Shown here piece by piece: positions 15,943-26,907 of a stretch of 32,000 nucleotides of DNA; the stretch's first letter is position 1, and every line of letters begins with the position of its first letter. The notes beneath the pieces are model-generated. The model saw nothing but the letters and a program-made list of their open reading frames with translations, was not told the DNA's origin and ran no database searches. The translations under genes were made by a program, and so were the position numbers. Source of the DNA: Candidatus Saganbacteria bacterium (GTDB taxonomy: Bacteria; Margulisbacteria; WOR-1; JAKLHX01); assembly GCA_026387835.1 (NCBI GenBank), contig JAPLKZ010000005.1, forward strand, positions 120,001 through 152,000, given 5' to 3'.

Positions 15943-17217
15943 TTGAAGATATTAAAGCAGGATAAGACAGGAAGCAATGTCAAGCTTGAAGTCGAGGCCG
16001 ATTATGACGAGTTTAAAAAGGCTTACGAAAAGTTGTTCGGTGAAGCTGGCCGCGAGATAAAGATCCCGGGTTTCCGTCCGGGTAAAGCCCCCCGCAATAT
16101 ACTTGAACAGAATATAAATGCCGAATATGTAAAAGACCGGGCGCTTGAACATGTGATAAAGACGAACCTTTCCGATATCATCAAAGAGTCCGGCCTTGAG
16201 GTCATCGAGATACAGAACTGGCTGCCGGTATCGCTTGACGGCAAGTGCGTCTTTTCCCTTGATGTGGTCGTCCAGCCTGATGTTGAGCTCGGAAAATACA
16301 AAGGCGTCCAGACGGAACGGACATCCGTGAAGGTCGAGGAGAAAGATATTGAAGCGCATATAAACTCGATCATCGAGGAAGGCGCCCAGGTCAAAGAAGT
16401 CACCGACAGGCCGGTAAAACACGGCGACATTGCCGAGCTTGATATCGAAGGCAGTACGGACGGTTCGGTGAGGGATGCCCTGAGCCAAAAGGCGCTGCCC
16501 ATACTGACAGGAGATGACCGTATCGCTCCTGGGTTCGACATAAATATAGAAGGGATGTCGGTCGGGGACGAAAAAGAGTTCTCCATTCCTCTTCCGCAGG
16601 ACTACTACATAAAGGAGTTCGCCGGGGAAAAAGCATCCTTTAAAGTATCTTTAAAAAAAATAGCGGGCCGGGACCTTCCCGAATTCAATGACGAATATGT
16701 AAAAAAGATAAGTTCATTTAATACCGCGGATGAATACCGCAGTGATGTCAGGAAAAGGATGGAGGAAGCGGTAAAAAAGGACTCCGAAGACAAAGCCAAG
16801 GATGATCTGCTGAAAAAAGTACTTGAGGATTCCAAGGTGGACGTGCCGGATGCCGCCGTGAGGAGGGAGACGGACACGATGATCGAGGAGATGAACTCAA
16901 ACCTTCAGAGCAAGGGATTGACCCTGGATTATTATCTTAACGCCAGAAAATTGACAAAAGAAGGATTTACAGAAGAATTAAAGCCCAAGGCGACCGAAAG
17001 GGCCAAGGCAAAACTGGTGCTCCGCGCCATCGCCAAAAATGAAGGCATTTCCGTGACGGAAGAAGAATGTGAAAATGAAATAAAGGAGATCTCAAAACAG
17101 ATGGGCAGGCCGGAAGAGGACAACAGGAACGAGATGATGAAAGAATATATCAGGGATTATCTTTTAAGAACGAAAGCGCTGGACTTTATTTTTGAAAACG
17201 CTAAAATAAAAGGATAG
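15943..17217 (+). CDS. tig: Trigger factor (peptidyl-prolyl isomerase chaperone)
   Basis: 424 aa, N-terminal ribosome-binding motif GFRPGKAPRNILEQ, PPIase-like middle domain (VKHGDIAELDIEG...GFDINIEGMSVGDEKEF), directly upstream of clpP. TTG start. Confidence 0.93.
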   Translation: MKILKQDKTGSNVKLEVEADYDEFKKAYEKLFGEAGREIKIPGFRPGKAPRNILEQNINAEYVKDRALEHVIKTNLSDIIKESGLEVIEIQNWLPVSLDGKCVFSLDVVVQPDVELGKYKGVQTERTSVKVEEKDIEAHINSIIEEGAQVKEVTDRPVKHGDIAELDIEGSTDGSVRDALSQKALPILTGDDRIAPGFDINIEGMSVGDEKEFSIPLPQDYYIKEFAGEKASFKVSLKKIAGRDLPEFNDEYVKKISSFNTADEYRSDVRKRMEEAVKKDSEDKAKDDLLKKVLEDSKVDVPDAAVRRETDTMIEEMNSNLQSKGLTLDYYLNARKLTKEGFTEELKPKATERAKAKLVLRAIAKNEGISVTEEECENEIKEISKQMGRPEEDNRNEMMKEYIRDYLLRTKALDFIFENAKIKG

Positions 17218-17272
17218 AAGGCGGCGGGTCTGAAACCAGCCCGTAAGGGATATAAAGAAGGGAGAGAACAAT

Positions 17273-17893
17273 ATGCCGGTATTACCGATGGTAATCGAGC
17301 AGACATCAAAAGGCGAAAGGGCTTATGATATCTATTCCAGGCTTTTGAAGGAAAGGATAATCTTCATAGGCGGCGGGATAGATGACGACGTAGCGAACAT
17401 GATAATCGCGCAGATCTTTTTTCTGCAGTCTGAGGACAAGGAAAAAGAGACTTACATGTATATAAACTCCCCGGGCGGGGTCGTGACGGCGGGACTGGCC
17501 ATATACGATACGATGCAGTATGTCGACATGCCGATATCCACTGTCTGCCTCGGGCAGGCCGCAAGCATGGGCGCGCTGCTGCTGGCCGCGGGCAACAGGG
17601 GCAAAAGGTTCGCCCTTCCGAACTCAAGGATGCTGATACACCAGCCGCTGGGCGGGGCGCAGGGACAGGCGACCGATATCGAGATACAGGCCCAGGAGAT
17701 ACTTAAGATGAAAAGCCTGGTAAACGAGATCCTTGCAAAGCACACGGGGCAGTCCCTTGAAAAGATTTCAAAAGATACGGACAGGGATTTTTACATGTCA
17801 CCCGTTGAAGCTCTGAAATACGGGTTGATTGATAAAATACTGGAACCAAATAAATTAAAGAAGTTCGGCGAGACCGTAAAAGGCAAAAAATAA
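17273..17893 (+). CDS. clpP: ATP-dependent Clp protease proteolytic subunit
   Basis: 206 aa with [18 protein letters not shown], catalytic Ser in [14 protein letters not shown], catalytic His in [12 protein letters not shown]. Confidence 0.97.
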   Translation: MPVLPMVIEQTSKGERAYDIYSRLLKERIIFIGGGIDDDVANMIIAQIFFLQSEDKEKETYMYINSPGGVVTAGLAIYDTMQYVDMPISTVCLGQAASMGALLLAAGNRGKRFALPNSRMLIHQPLGGAQGQATDIEIQAQEILKMKSLVNEILAKHTGQSLEKISKDTDRDFYMSPVEALKYGLIDKILEPNKLKKFGETVKGKK

Positions 17894-20361
17894 TGGAAAA
17901 GCCCGAAAAGAGCCCGGCGGCTCAGTTCGAGTGGAAGGACGAGCTTCCTCTTATCCCTTTGAGGAACATGGTCGTCTTTCCGCAGATGATAGTGCCTCTT
18001 TTCATCGGCAGGAGCAAATCCGTCAAAGCGCTCGAAGACACGCTTGAAAAAGAACGCCTCGTTGTTTTTGCCTCGCAAAAGTCCGAGGACATTGAAGAGC
18101 CCGCGCCCAAAGATATATGCACCATCGGGACCCTTGCCGAGGTAGTTCAAATGCTCGCTCTTCCGGACGGCACTACAAAGATACTTGTCGAAGGCGTCAC
18201 GAGGGTAAAACTCGATTCGTTCACGCAGGACAGCCCGTATTATAAAGTTAAGATATCAAAGATCCCGGAGCCCGTGGAAGTTACCGTGGAAGTCGAGGCG
18301 ATGCTGAGGGTGGTGATAAAGAAGTTCGAGAACTACGTCAAACTTAACAAAAGGATCCCGTCCGAGACACTGATGTCGATAATCAACGTGGAAAACCCGG
18401 GGAGGCTCGCGGACCTTATCGCTTCCTACCTTACATTGAAAGTGGACGAAAAGCAGGCGATACTCGAATCGATCGTCCTTTCAAAAAGGCTGAAAAAACT
18501 CACGGAGATACTTGATAAGGAGATCGAAGTCCTGGAAGTCGAGAAAAAACTGCAGGGCAGGGTGCGCAAGCAGATAGACAAGGTCCAAAAAGAATATTAT
18601 TTAAAAGAAAAGCTCCGTGCCATACAGGAAGAGCTCGGAGTGGAGGACGAAGAATCCGGTCCGGAAGTGGCGGAATACAGGAAAAAACTGGAAGTCGCCA
18701 AGCTTCCGGAGGAAGTGAAGGAGAAAGCGTTCAAGGAGCTTGAAAGACTGGCCAAAATGCCTTCGATGGTGGCGGAATCGACAGTGATCAGGACGTATCT
18801 CGACTGGATCATAGACCTTCCATGGAAGAAAAAAACAAAAAGCAAGATAGACATCAACGAGGTGGAAAAGATCCTTAACGAGGACCATTACGGGCTTGAT
18901 AAGGTGAAAGAGAGGATAGCCGAATATTTCGCGGTTCTGCAGAGGACGGGAAAGATGGGCGGCACCATACTTTGCCTGGTCGGCCCCCCGGGAGTAGGCA
19001 AGACCTCCATCGGAAAATCGATCGCCAGGGCGATAGGCAGGAAGTTCGTAAGGATCTCGCTCGGCGGCATCAGGGACGAGGCGGAGATCAGGGGGCACAG
19101 GCGCACTTATGTCGGTTCCCTTCCCGGCAGGATAATACAATCTATCGCCAAAGGGCGGGTAAACAACCCTGTTTTCCTTCTTGACGAGATAGATAAGCTT
19201 GGCACGGATTTTAGGGGCGATCCTTCGGCAGCGCTGCTCGAAGTTCTTGATCCGGAGATGAACAAAGAATTCTCGGACCATTATCTTGAAGTGCCGTTCG
19301 ACCTTTCGGACGTGTTCTTCATCACTACGGCGAACACGGTCGAGCCCATCCCGCGTCCTTTGAGGGACAGGATGGAGCTTATCGAGATGTCGGGTTATAC
19401 CGAAGAAGAAAAACTGGGCATAGCAAAAGGGTTCCTGGTGCCGAGGGAGATAGAAAAACACGGTCTGTCAAAGGACATGATCAAATTCGACGATGAAGCG
19501 CTGTTTTCGATCATAAGGGAATATACGAGGGAAGCGGGTGTCAGGAACCTCGAGAGGATGATAGAGACTATCTGCAGGAAGATCGCGACAGCCGCCGTCA
19601 AGAATAATAAAGACGAGAAGATGAACGTGAAAAAGAAAGACCTTGCCGGATATCTGGGCCCGTTCAGGTACAGGTTCGGGATAGCCGAAGAAAAGGACCA
19701 GGTGGGTGTCTCCACGGGACTTGTCTGGACCGAGGTCGGAGGCGACACGACGCCGGTCGAGGTGACCGCGATGCGCGGAAGAGGCAATCTCACTCTTACG
19801 GGAATGCTGGGCGATGTGATGCAGGAAAGCGCCAAGGCGGCGATGAGCTTTGTCAGGTCCCGCGCGGAAGCTCTCGGAATAGATGAAGCGTTCTACAGGA
19901 AGACGGACATACACGTGCATGTTCCCGAAGGAGCTGTCCCGAAAGACGGTCCTTCCGCGGGAATAACGATAGCTGCCGCGCTTGCTTCAGCCCTGTCCGG
20001 AATCCCGGTGAAGAAAGATATAGCGATGACCGGAGAGATAACTCTGCGGGGCAGGGTGCTGCCTATCGGCGGGCTTAAGGAAAAACTTCTCGCGGCAAGG
20101 CGCGCGGGCATGAAAAAGGTGATACTTCCGGAAGATAACAGAAAAGACCTGGCGGAAGTCCAGGAACAGATAAAACAGGACCTCAACATGGAATTCATTT
20201 TTGTTAAGCACATGGACGAAGTTTTAAGGAGCGCTCTGGTCAATGTCCCCAAAGGGCTCCTTGAAAAAAAACAGGAAAAAGAAGAGCCCGGGCCGAAAGA
20301 AAAGACGATCCCTATTGCAGCAAAAACCCCGCGGCAGATAGATACCCAGTTGTCCAACTAA
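17893..20361 (+). CDS. lon: ATP-dependent protease Lon
   Basis: 822 aa, N-terminal substrate domain [22 protein letters not shown], Walker [10 protein letters not shown], catalytic region PKDGPSAGI. Start overlaps the clpP stop by 1 nt. Confidence 0.97.
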   Translation: MEKPEKSPAAQFEWKDELPLIPLRNMVVFPQMIVPLFIGRSKSVKALEDTLEKERLVVFASQKSEDIEEPAPKDICTIGTLAEVVQMLALPDGTTKILVEGVTRVKLDSFTQDSPYYKVKISKIPEPVEVTVEVEAMLRVVIKKFENYVKLNKRIPSETLMSIINVENPGRLADLIASYLTLKVDEKQAILESIVLSKRLKKLTEILDKEIEVLEVEKKLQGRVRKQIDKVQKEYYLKEKLRAIQEELGVEDEESGPEVAEYRKKLEVAKLPEEVKEKAFKELERLAKMPSMVAESTVIRTYLDWIIDLPWKKKTKSKIDINEVEKILNEDHYGLDKVKERIAEYFAVLQRTGKMGGTILCLVGPPGVGKTSIGKSIARAIGRKFVRISLGGIRDEAEIRGHRRTYVGSLPGRIIQSIAKGRVNNPVFLLDEIDKLGTDFRGDPSAALLEVLDPEMNKEFSDHYLEVPFDLSDVFFITTANTVEPIPRPLRDRMELIEMSGYTEEEKLGIAKGFLVPREIEKHGLSKDMIKFDDEALFSIIREYTREAGVRNLERMIETICRKIATAAVKNNKDEKMNVKKKDLAGYLGPFRYRFGIAEEKDQVGVSTGLVWTEVGGDTTPVEVTAMRGRGNLTLTGMLGDVMQESAKAAMSFVRSRAEALGIDEAFYRKTDIHVHVPEGAVPKDGPSAGITIAAALASALSGIPVKKDIAMTGEITLRGRVLPIGGLKEKLLAARRAGMKKVILPEDNRKDLAEVQEQIKQDLNMEFIFVKHMDEVLRSALVNVPKGLLEKKQEKEEPGPKEKTIPIAAKTPRQIDTQLSN

Positions 20362-20374
20362 ATCCGGGAAAAAT

Positions 20375-23173
20375 ATGGAATACAAAAATACGCTCAATCT
20401 TCCGAGTACTGATTTTCCGATCAAAGCTAATTTCAAGGAAAAAGAGCCTGAGTTCTTAAAATACTGGGAAAGTTCCGGTTTATATCAAAAAATGCAGGAA
20501 GGCAGGTCCGCGAATAAATACATCCTGCACGATGGTCCGCCTTACCCTAACGGTGATATCCATCTCGGACACGCGCTTAACAAGATCCTCAAGGATATAG
20601 TCGTCAAGTTCAGGGCAATGGAGGGATACTCTGTCCCGTTCGTGCCGGGCTGGGACTGCCACGGGCTGCCGATAGAGACGCAGTTGATAAAAGAACTTAG
20701 CGTCAGGAGATCGTCCCTGTCGGTCCCCGAGTTCAGGCAGAAATGCAGGCAGTACGCCCTTAAATATGTAGATATCCAAAAAGAACAGTTCAAAAGGCTC
20801 GGAATAATCGCGAAATGGGACGGACCGTACCTTACGCTGGATAAAGATTACGAAGCCGGAGTGATAGAACTCTTCGGAAAGCTTGCGGATGGCGGTTATG
20901 TTTATAAATCCCTGAAGCCGATACACTGGTGCCCTAACTGCGAGACCGCGCTTGCCGAAGCGGAGATAGAGTATGAAGATGATCCTTCGCCTTCGATATT
21001 TGTCAGGTTCAAAGTAAAAAATACAAAGTCAAAAAATAAGGTCGTGGAAGAGGTCCTGAGTACAGGCCCTTCGAACTTCATCATCTGGACGACGACGCCG
21101 TGGACGCTTCCTTCGAACGTGGCGATAGCGGTACATCCCGGCTATGACTATGACATTGTCAGGCACGGAAATGAGATGTATGTGATCGCTCATGACCTTT
21201 TGGACCGGGCGGCGCAGCTTATGAAATGGCCGCAGGAGGATTACAGCATTGTTTCCGGTTTCAAGGGCAGGGATCTTGAAGGCATCGTCTGCAGCCATCC
21301 GTTCATCGACAGGGAATCTGTTGTTGTCCTGGACGAGTTCGTCACGCTGGAATCCGGAACAGGCTGCGTGCATATAGCCCCGGGCCACGGCGAGGAAGAT
21401 TACAAAGTCGGCCTTATATATAAACTTCCGATCATTATGCCCGTCGACGGCAAGGGGCTCTTTACGGACGATGTTCCGAAGTATTCGGGCGTCCATGTCT
21501 GGAAAGCAAATCCGCTGATACTTGAAGAGATGAAAGAGAACGGGTCTCTCCTCGCGTCTGACACGGTAAAACACCAGTATCCGCATTGCTGGAGATGCAA
21601 AAAACCGATCATATTCAGGGCCACGGAACAGTGGTTCATAAGTGTAGACCATAATAATCTGAGGCAGACGGCACTGGATGAAATATCACACACAAAGTGG
21701 TTCCCTTCCTGGGGCGAGAACAGGATAAACGGGATGGTCAAGACAAGGCCCGACTGGTGCATATCGCGCCAGCGGTCATGGGGTATACCGATACCGGCGT
21801 TCTACTGTCTGACCTGCGGCAAGCCTAATTTCAAAGGAGCTTTTAACAAGGCAGCGGTTGAAACGGTCAAAAAAGAAGGTACTGATGCCTGGTTCATAAA
21901 AGAAGCAAAAGATATCCTGCCGGCCAAAATAAAGTGCGAGTTCTGCGGCGGCAGCGAGTTCAGGAAAGAGACCGACATAATGGATGTATGGCTTGAATCG
22001 GGTTCCAGTCATTACAGTGTCCTTAAGTCGGACCCGAAGGTATTCTCATGGCCGGCCGATCTTTATCTTGAAGGAAGCGACCAGCACAGGGGCTGGTTCC
22101 AGACATCACTGCTGACTGCGGTAGCGGTGTTTAAAAAAGCTCCTTTCAAGGCGGTACTCACGCACGGCTTTACCGTGGATGAAAAAGGCAAAAAGATGAG
22201 CAAATCCCTCGGCAATATCGTGGACCCGCAGACGGTCGTCAGGGAATACGGCGCCGATGTGCTCAGGTTATGGGTGGCATCTACCGATTTCAGGAACGAC
22301 ATGGCGGTCTCTAGAAATATATTGAAGCAGATAAACGAAGGATTTTCCAAGATCAGGAACACCTGCAGGTTCCTTCTCAGCAACATCAATGATTTCGACC
22401 CGGAAAAGGACCGCGTGGAACATCAAAAGCTCAAAGAGATCGACAAATATATTTTATTTAAACTTGAAGGGCTTATTCAAAAAATCCATAAGTCCTATGA
22501 TGAGTTTGAATTCCATACAGTCTACCACTGCCTGTACGGGTTTTGCGTCAACGATCTCAGCGCTTTCTATCTGAACATCATAAAAGACCGGCTTTACTGC
22601 GACAGCAAGGGGTCCGTGTCGCGAAGAGCGGCGCAGACCACCGTTCACGAATTGCTTACGGCGATCATCAGGATAATGGCGCCGGTATTAAGTTTTACGG
22701 CGGAGGAGCTGTTTCGGAGGATCAGGGACAAAGGGCCAAACAGGGGGGAAGATAAGGAGAGCGTATTTCAACAAAAATTGCCTGAACCCGGTCAGCGTAA
22801 TTTTAACAAGGATCTGCAAATAAAATGGGACAGGATAATAGCCGTCAGGGGAGAAGTTTATAAAAAAATCGAAGAGCTTAGGATAGCCAAGACAGTGAAT
22901 CAGACCACGGAATGCGACGCGGATATCAGCCTGAAAGAAAGCGACTATAAGATATTAAGTTCCGTCGCAGCCGATCTGGCTGACATTTTCATGGTATCTT
23001 CTGTTATTATTAATACCGGCAGCGGCCTGTCGGTAAATGTCAAAAAGACCGGCAATAAGAAGTGCGAAAGATGCTGGAAATATTTGGACAGCGTCGGCCG
23101 GCACGAAGAACATCCGACACTCTGCGCAAGGTGCACTGATGCGGTAAAAACAGGAGGGAAAAGCGATGGATAA
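20375..23173 (+). CDS. ileS: Isoleucyl-tRNA synthetase
   Basis: 932 aa with HIGH-type [26 protein letters not shown], and C-terminal zinc motif CERCWKY...CARC. Confidence 0.97.
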   Translation: MEYKNTLNLPSTDFPIKANFKEKEPEFLKYWESSGLYQKMQEGRSANKYILHDGPPYPNGDIHLGHALNKILKDIVVKFRAMEGYSVPFVPGWDCHGLPIETQLIKELSVRRSSLSVPEFRQKCRQYALKYVDIQKEQFKRLGIIAKWDGPYLTLDKDYEAGVIELFGKLADGGYVYKSLKPIHWCPNCETALAEAEIEYEDDPSPSIFVRFKVKNTKSKNKVVEEVLSTGPSNFIIWTTTPWTLPSNVAIAVHPGYDYDIVRHGNEMYVIAHDLLDRAAQLMKWPQEDYSIVSGFKGRDLEGIVCSHPFIDRESVVVLDEFVTLESGTGCVHIAPGHGEEDYKVGLIYKLPIIMPVDGKGLFTDDVPKYSGVHVWKANPLILEEMKENGSLLASDTVKHQYPHCWRCKKPIIFRATEQWFISVDHNNLRQTALDEISHTKWFPSWGENRINGMVKTRPDWCISRQRSWGIPIPAFYCLTCGKPNFKGAFNKAAVETVKKEGTDAWFIKEAKDILPAKIKCEFCGGSEFRKETDIMDVWLESGSSHYSVLKSDPKVFSWPADLYLEGSDQHRGWFQTSLLTAVAVFKKAPFKAVLTHGFTVDEKGKKMSKSLGNIVDPQTVVREYGADVLRLWVASTDFRNDMAVSRNILKQINEGFSKIRNTCRFLLSNINDFDPEKDRVEHQKLKEIDKYILFKLEGLIQKIHKSYDEFEFHTVYHCLYGFCVNDLSAFYLNIIKDRLYCDSKGSVSRRAAQTTVHELLTAIIRIMAPVLSFTAEELFRRIRDKGPNRGEDKESVFQQKLPEPGQRNFNKDLQIKWDRIIAVRGEVYKKIEELRIAKTVNQTTECDADISLKESDYKILSSVAADLADIFMVSSVIINTGSGLSVNVKKTGNKKCERCWKYLDSVGRHEEHPTLCARCTDAVKTGGKSDG

Positions 23174-24557
23174 TCAAAAAATAAAGGACATAAGCCTTGC
23201 CGATTTCGGCAGGAAGGAGATCGAGATAGCCGAGCAGGAGATGCCGGGCCTGATGTCAGTCAGAAAAAAATACTCAGTAAGCAAGCCGTTGAAAGACGTG
23301 CGCATAATGGGTTCCCTGCACATGACCATCCAGACAGCGGTGCTTATTGAGACTTTGACAGATCTCGGTGCGGAAGTGCGGTGGGCAAGCTGCAACATAT
23401 TTTCAACCCAGGACCACGCGGCGGCGGCGATCGCGAAGGCCGGAATACCCGTATTCGCGTGGAAAGGCGAGACGCTTGAGGAATTCTGGTGGTGCACGGA
23501 GCAGGCATTGTCTTTCCCGGGAGGCAAGGGGCCGCAGCTTATTGTCGATGACGGTGGCGACGCAACTCTGATGATGCACCTCGGATACGCGGCAGAAAAA
23601 GAAGCGTCGATTCTTGACAAAAAACCGGGCGGTGAAGACGAAGCGGAGCTGATAAAACTCCTGAAGAAAAGGCTCAAAGAGAAACCAAAAAAATGGACCG
23701 ATATGGTAAAAGAATGGAAAGGCGTCTCGGAGGAGACAACGACCGGCGTCCACCGCCTTTACCAGATGAAAGAAAAAGGGACCCTGCTGGTCCCCGCGGT
23801 CAATGTCAACGATTCCGTGACAAAATCAAAATTCGATAATCTCTACGGTTGCCGCGAGTCTTTAAATGACGGGCTCAAGAGAGCGCTTGACGTGATGGTG
23901 GCCGGAAAAGTCGCGGTAGTATGCGGGTACGGCGATGTGGGCAAAGGTTCGTGCCAATCTTTGAGAGGACTGGGCTGCAGGGTGATCGTGACGGAGATAG
24001 ACCCGATCTGCGCTCTTCAGGCCGCGATGGAAGGATACGAGGTCAAGACCGTCGAAGACACGCTTGGTATGGCGGATATATATGTCACCGCAACCGGCAA
24101 TAAAGATATCATCACGATCGACCATATGAAAAAGATGAAAAATCAGGCGATAGTATGCAACATCGGGCATTTTGATAATGAGATACAGGTGGCGCAGCTG
24201 GAGGCCTATCCCGGCATAAAAAAGGTCAACATTAAACCTCAGGTCGACAAATATGTTTTTCCGGACGGCCTCCTTGCCGAAGGAAGGCTTGTCAATCTCG
24301 GATGCGCGACAGGACACCCTTCTTTCGTGATGTCGAACTCGTTCACGAACCAGGTCCTGGCCCAGCTCGACCTGTGGAAGAACAGGGATAAATATAAACC
24401 GGGCGTTTACAGGCTTCCCAAATATCTGGACGAAGAGGTCGCGAGGCTTCATCTCGACAAGATCGGCGTGAAGCTTACAAAGATGACAAAAGAACAGTCG
24501 GAATATGTCTCGGTGCCAGTAGATGGGCCGTATAAAGCGGAGCACTACAGATATTAG
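23166..24557 (+). CDS. ahcY: Adenosylhomocysteinase
   Basis: 463 aa with [38 protein letters not shown]-binding [25 protein letters not shown]-like [32 protein letters not shown]. Overlaps ileS by 8 nt. Confidence 0.96.
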   Translation: MDNQKIKDISLADFGRKEIEIAEQEMPGLMSVRKKYSVSKPLKDVRIMGSLHMTIQTAVLIETLTDLGAEVRWASCNIFSTQDHAAAAIAKAGIPVFAWKGETLEEFWWCTEQALSFPGGKGPQLIVDDGGDATLMMHLGYAAEKEASILDKKPGGEDEAELIKLLKKRLKEKPKKWTDMVKEWKGVSEETTTGVHRLYQMKEKGTLLVPAVNVNDSVTKSKFDNLYGCRESLNDGLKRALDVMVAGKVAVVCGYGDVGKGSCQSLRGLGCRVIVTEIDPICALQAAMEGYEVKTVEDTLGMADIYVTATGNKDIITIDHMKKMKNQAIVCNIGHFDNEIQVAQLEAYPGIKKVNIKPQVDKYVFPDGLLAEGRLVNLGCATGHPSFVMSNSFTNQVLAQLDLWKNRDKYKPGVYRLPKYLDEEVARLHLDKIGVKLTKMTKEQSEYVSVPVDGPYKAEHYRY

Positions 24558-24569
24558 AGCTGAGAAAAA

Positions 24570-24869
24570 ATGGAACACGATAAATTAGAGAAAAACATAG
24601 ATAAGCTTGCAAGGCATTTTGAAAAAGCGAACTTCACGGAATATGTAGAACTTTTACAAAAACCCTGGAAGTTCTTCTGGCTGCAGTTCTGTGCCGGGCT
24701 TTTGAGAGGTGTCGGTACTGCGATAGGGTTTACTATCATATTTGCGATCGTTATATATATACTTATAGCGGTGCTGAGGAATTTTATGGGTGTGCCGATA
24801 ATCGGGTCGTATATCGCGCAGCTCGTGGAATTCGTAAACCAATCGTTGAGGAACGGAATAAGCAGATAA
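24570..24869 (+). CDS. Small membrane protein (DUF5665-like)
   Basis: 99 aa, FTEYVELLQKPWKFFWLQFCAGLLRGVGTAIGFTI and one TM helix region. Confidence 0.6.
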   Translation: MEHDKLEKNIDKLARHFEKANFTEYVELLQKPWKFFWLQFCAGLLRGVGTAIGFTIIFAIVIYILIAVLRNFMGVPIIGSYIAQLVEFVNQSLRNGISR

Positions 24870-24884
24870 TACTATAGACGCGGG

Positions 24885-25379
24885 GTGAATTCGATCTTCT
24901 ATATTGCAACGGCCGTTATCTTTATCGTCGACCAATCGATCAAACACATCATCTCCGTTTATATGTGGACAGGGATGTCCGTAAAAATAATCCCCGGGTC
25001 CTTGTCACTCACTTATATCAGGAACACCGGAGCCGCTTTCGGGATATTCTCGGGCAAGACCCCGCTCTTGTCGGTTGTAAGCATAATTTTCATAATGCTG
25101 CTGCTGATCTACTACTTTAAAAAAGGCCGTCAAGAAGGAAACTACAGCCGTTCTCTGTTATTCAAGTTATCTCTGGCATCGATGCTTGGTGGAGCATTGG
25201 GCAACCTGGCAGACAGGATCTTCAGGGGATATGTGATAGATTATGTCGATGTCAGGTATTTCTCGGTGTTCAACTTTTCGGATATAATGATAAATGTCGG
25301 AGTGGGGTTATTGTTGTTGGGATTTGTGATGAAAAGGAGTAAGAAGACAGAGAACTCACCCCCAGCCCCTCTCTTATAA
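24885..25379 (+). CDS. lspA: Lipoprotein signal peptidase
   Basis: 164 aa with DQSIKHI, YIRNTGAAFG, GGALGNLADRIFRGYVIDYVDV, FNFSDIMI catalytic Asp motifs. GTG start. The last codons lie inside a short inverted-repeat element. Confidence 0.92.
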   Translation: MNSIFYIATAVIFIVDQSIKHIISVYMWTGMSVKIIPGSLSLTYIRNTGAAFGIFSGKTPLLSVVSIIFIMLLLIYYFKKGRQEGNYSRSLLFKLSLASMLGGALGNLADRIFRGYVIDYVDVRYFSVFNFSDIMINVGVGLLLLGFVMKRSKKTENSPPAPLL

Positions 25380-25438
25380 AGAGAGGGGTGCCGAATCCCG
25401 AGCGAATGAAATGAGCCGAGGGAGAGGCGGGGTGAGTT
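25353..25438. repeat. 86-bp MITE-like/REP-like element with 10-bp terminal inverted repeats and an internal 10-bp stem hairpin
   Basis: Termini AACTCACCCC and GGGGTGAGTT are exact reverse complements. Internal hairpin CCCCTCTCTT-ATA-AAGAGAGGGG at 25366-25388. Confidence 0.75.
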
Positions 25439-25447
25439 GGAGATAAT

Positions 25448-26179
25448 ATGCACCCGATAATATTACAATTAGGTCCGTTATCCGTATATTCCTGGGGCCT
25501 CATGGTCGCAACGGCTTTTGCCGTGGGGATCGGGCTCGCGATATTGAACGGCAAAAGAGAAGGCATAACCGCCGACCACATTATGGACCTCGCGATGTAT
25601 GTCGTGATATTTTCGGTGATAGGAGCGAGAATATTTTATATCGTCCAATTCTGGGATGATTTTAAGGGCAATATCGCCGCAATGTTTGCTGTCTGGGAAG
25701 GCGGGATGGTATTTTACGGAGGGCTGATATTTGCCGCGGCCACAGTATATTTTGTCGCAAGGAAACGCGGTCTTAATGTCCTGCAGATACTTGATGTCAT
25801 CTCCCCTTCAGTCGCGATCGGATACTCCATCGGCCGTATAGGATGCTTTCTCCGCGGCTGCTGTTTCGGCCTGCAGTGCGATCTGCCGTGGGCCGTGCAT
25901 TTTCCGGATGCAACAGGTTTTGTCCATCCGACACAAATTTATTCTTCAATAGCCGGGCTATTGATGTTCATCGTCCTTTCGCGCGTTTTCAGCCGGAAAA
26001 AATATAACGGCCAGGTATTTATCTGGGGATTGTCATTATATTCGATATACAGGTTCATCATAGAGTTCTTCAGGTTCTGTCCAGACCATTATTTCGGGCT
26101 CACCGCTTCGCAGATCATCTCGGTCGCGCTGCTGATCTTCGCGCTCGTACTAAGGCCTTTTCTTTTAAAACGCGAATAA
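25448..26179 (+). CDS. lgt: Prolipoprotein diacylglyceryl transferase
   Basis: 243 aa with YSWGLMVATAFAVGIGLA, VWEGGMVFYGG, GRIGCFLRGCCFG, HPTQIYSSIAG. Confidence 0.95.
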   Translation: MHPIILQLGPLSVYSWGLMVATAFAVGIGLAILNGKREGITADHIMDLAMYVVIFSVIGARIFYIVQFWDDFKGNIAAMFAVWEGGMVFYGGLIFAAATVYFVARKRGLNVLQILDVISPSVAIGYSIGRIGCFLRGCCFGLQCDLPWAVHFPDATGFVHPTQIYSSIAGLLMFIVLSRVFSRKKYNGQVFIWGLSLYSIYRFIIEFFRFCPDHYFGLTASQIISVALLIFALVLRPFLLKRE

Positions 26180-26268
26180 CTGAAATCCCGCCAAAGATCT
26201 GACGATAAATAAACAGATCACAAACTGGTCTATTATTTAATATATATACGAAAAAACAAGGAAATAAT

Positions 26269-26907
26269 ATGTTCACAAAAGAGACAAACAATATCAAGCG
26301 GGAAGTAATATGCGGACTGATATCCCGTTCTTTGAGGAAGCTGCCGAAAGCTGTGATCAGCCCCGAACAGATGCAAAGATTGACGGGCAGTTCATCGTTC
26401 CTGCTGACAAGGCCCGGCGGAGGCCTTCTGCAGTTTAGGCATGTTGCGATACCGATAGAAAATCAAATAAAAGGGCATCGGGTGTTCCAGTTTGAGGTAT
26501 TCCGCAGGCAGACGTTGATAGGGGATACCAAGCCGGCAGGATGCCTGAGTATTTTTCCGGATCAAGGCGCAGGACCTTCCCTGACATTCGATGCCGTCAT
26601 GAGCTCGATGCTCAACACGAAAATGTTATCAGGATACTCAAAAAATGCGGAACGAATAATAACCATCTCAAGACATCTGTTTAATTCCGGGCCCTATGCG
26701 GTCATGTTCGTTCCTGATTCAAACGTCTCTTATTATCTTTGGAGCAGCGATCCTGCACTCCGGCTGTCGCAGATAGGAAATATCAGGGAAAGCCAGGCGG
26801 ACAATAATGGATTCAGGGCATTTATGATGTGGACGATGAATTACGATGCCCTTGGCGTAATGATGATAAAGCCGATGAAGTACCGGAATATGTTCATCCC
26901 GATATAA
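26269..26907 (+). CDS. Uncharacterised 212-aa protein
   Basis: Long ORF with no recognised family. Its 3' end overlaps the convergent GT2 gene by 67 nt. Confidence 0.45.
   Translation: MFTKETNNIKREVICGLISRSLRKLPKAVISPEQMQRLTGSSSFLLTRPGGGLLQFRHVAIPIENQIKGHRVFQFEVFRRQTLIGDTKPAGCLSIFPDQGAGPSLTFDAVMSSMLNTKMLSGYSKNAERIITISRHLFNSGPYAVMFVPDSNVSYYLWSSDPALRLSQIGNIRESQADNNGFRAFMMWTMNYDALGVMMIKPMKYRNMFIPI

Noticed and set aside
15711-15983. 90-aa minus-strand ORF containing GRRDSNPRPSPWQGDILPLNYSR
   Set aside because: Classic spurious ORF produced by antisense translation of a tRNA; it covers the tRNA-Gly at 15819-15890.
16023-16586. 187-aa minus-strand ORF
   Set aside because: Antisense to tig, no family resemblance.
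18601-19461. 286-aa minus-strand ORF
   Set aside because: Antisense to lon. Its open frame is explained by the codon bias of the sense gene.
23862-24578. 238-aa minus-strand ORF
   Set aside because: Antisense to ahcY, which is strongly supported by conserved motifs.
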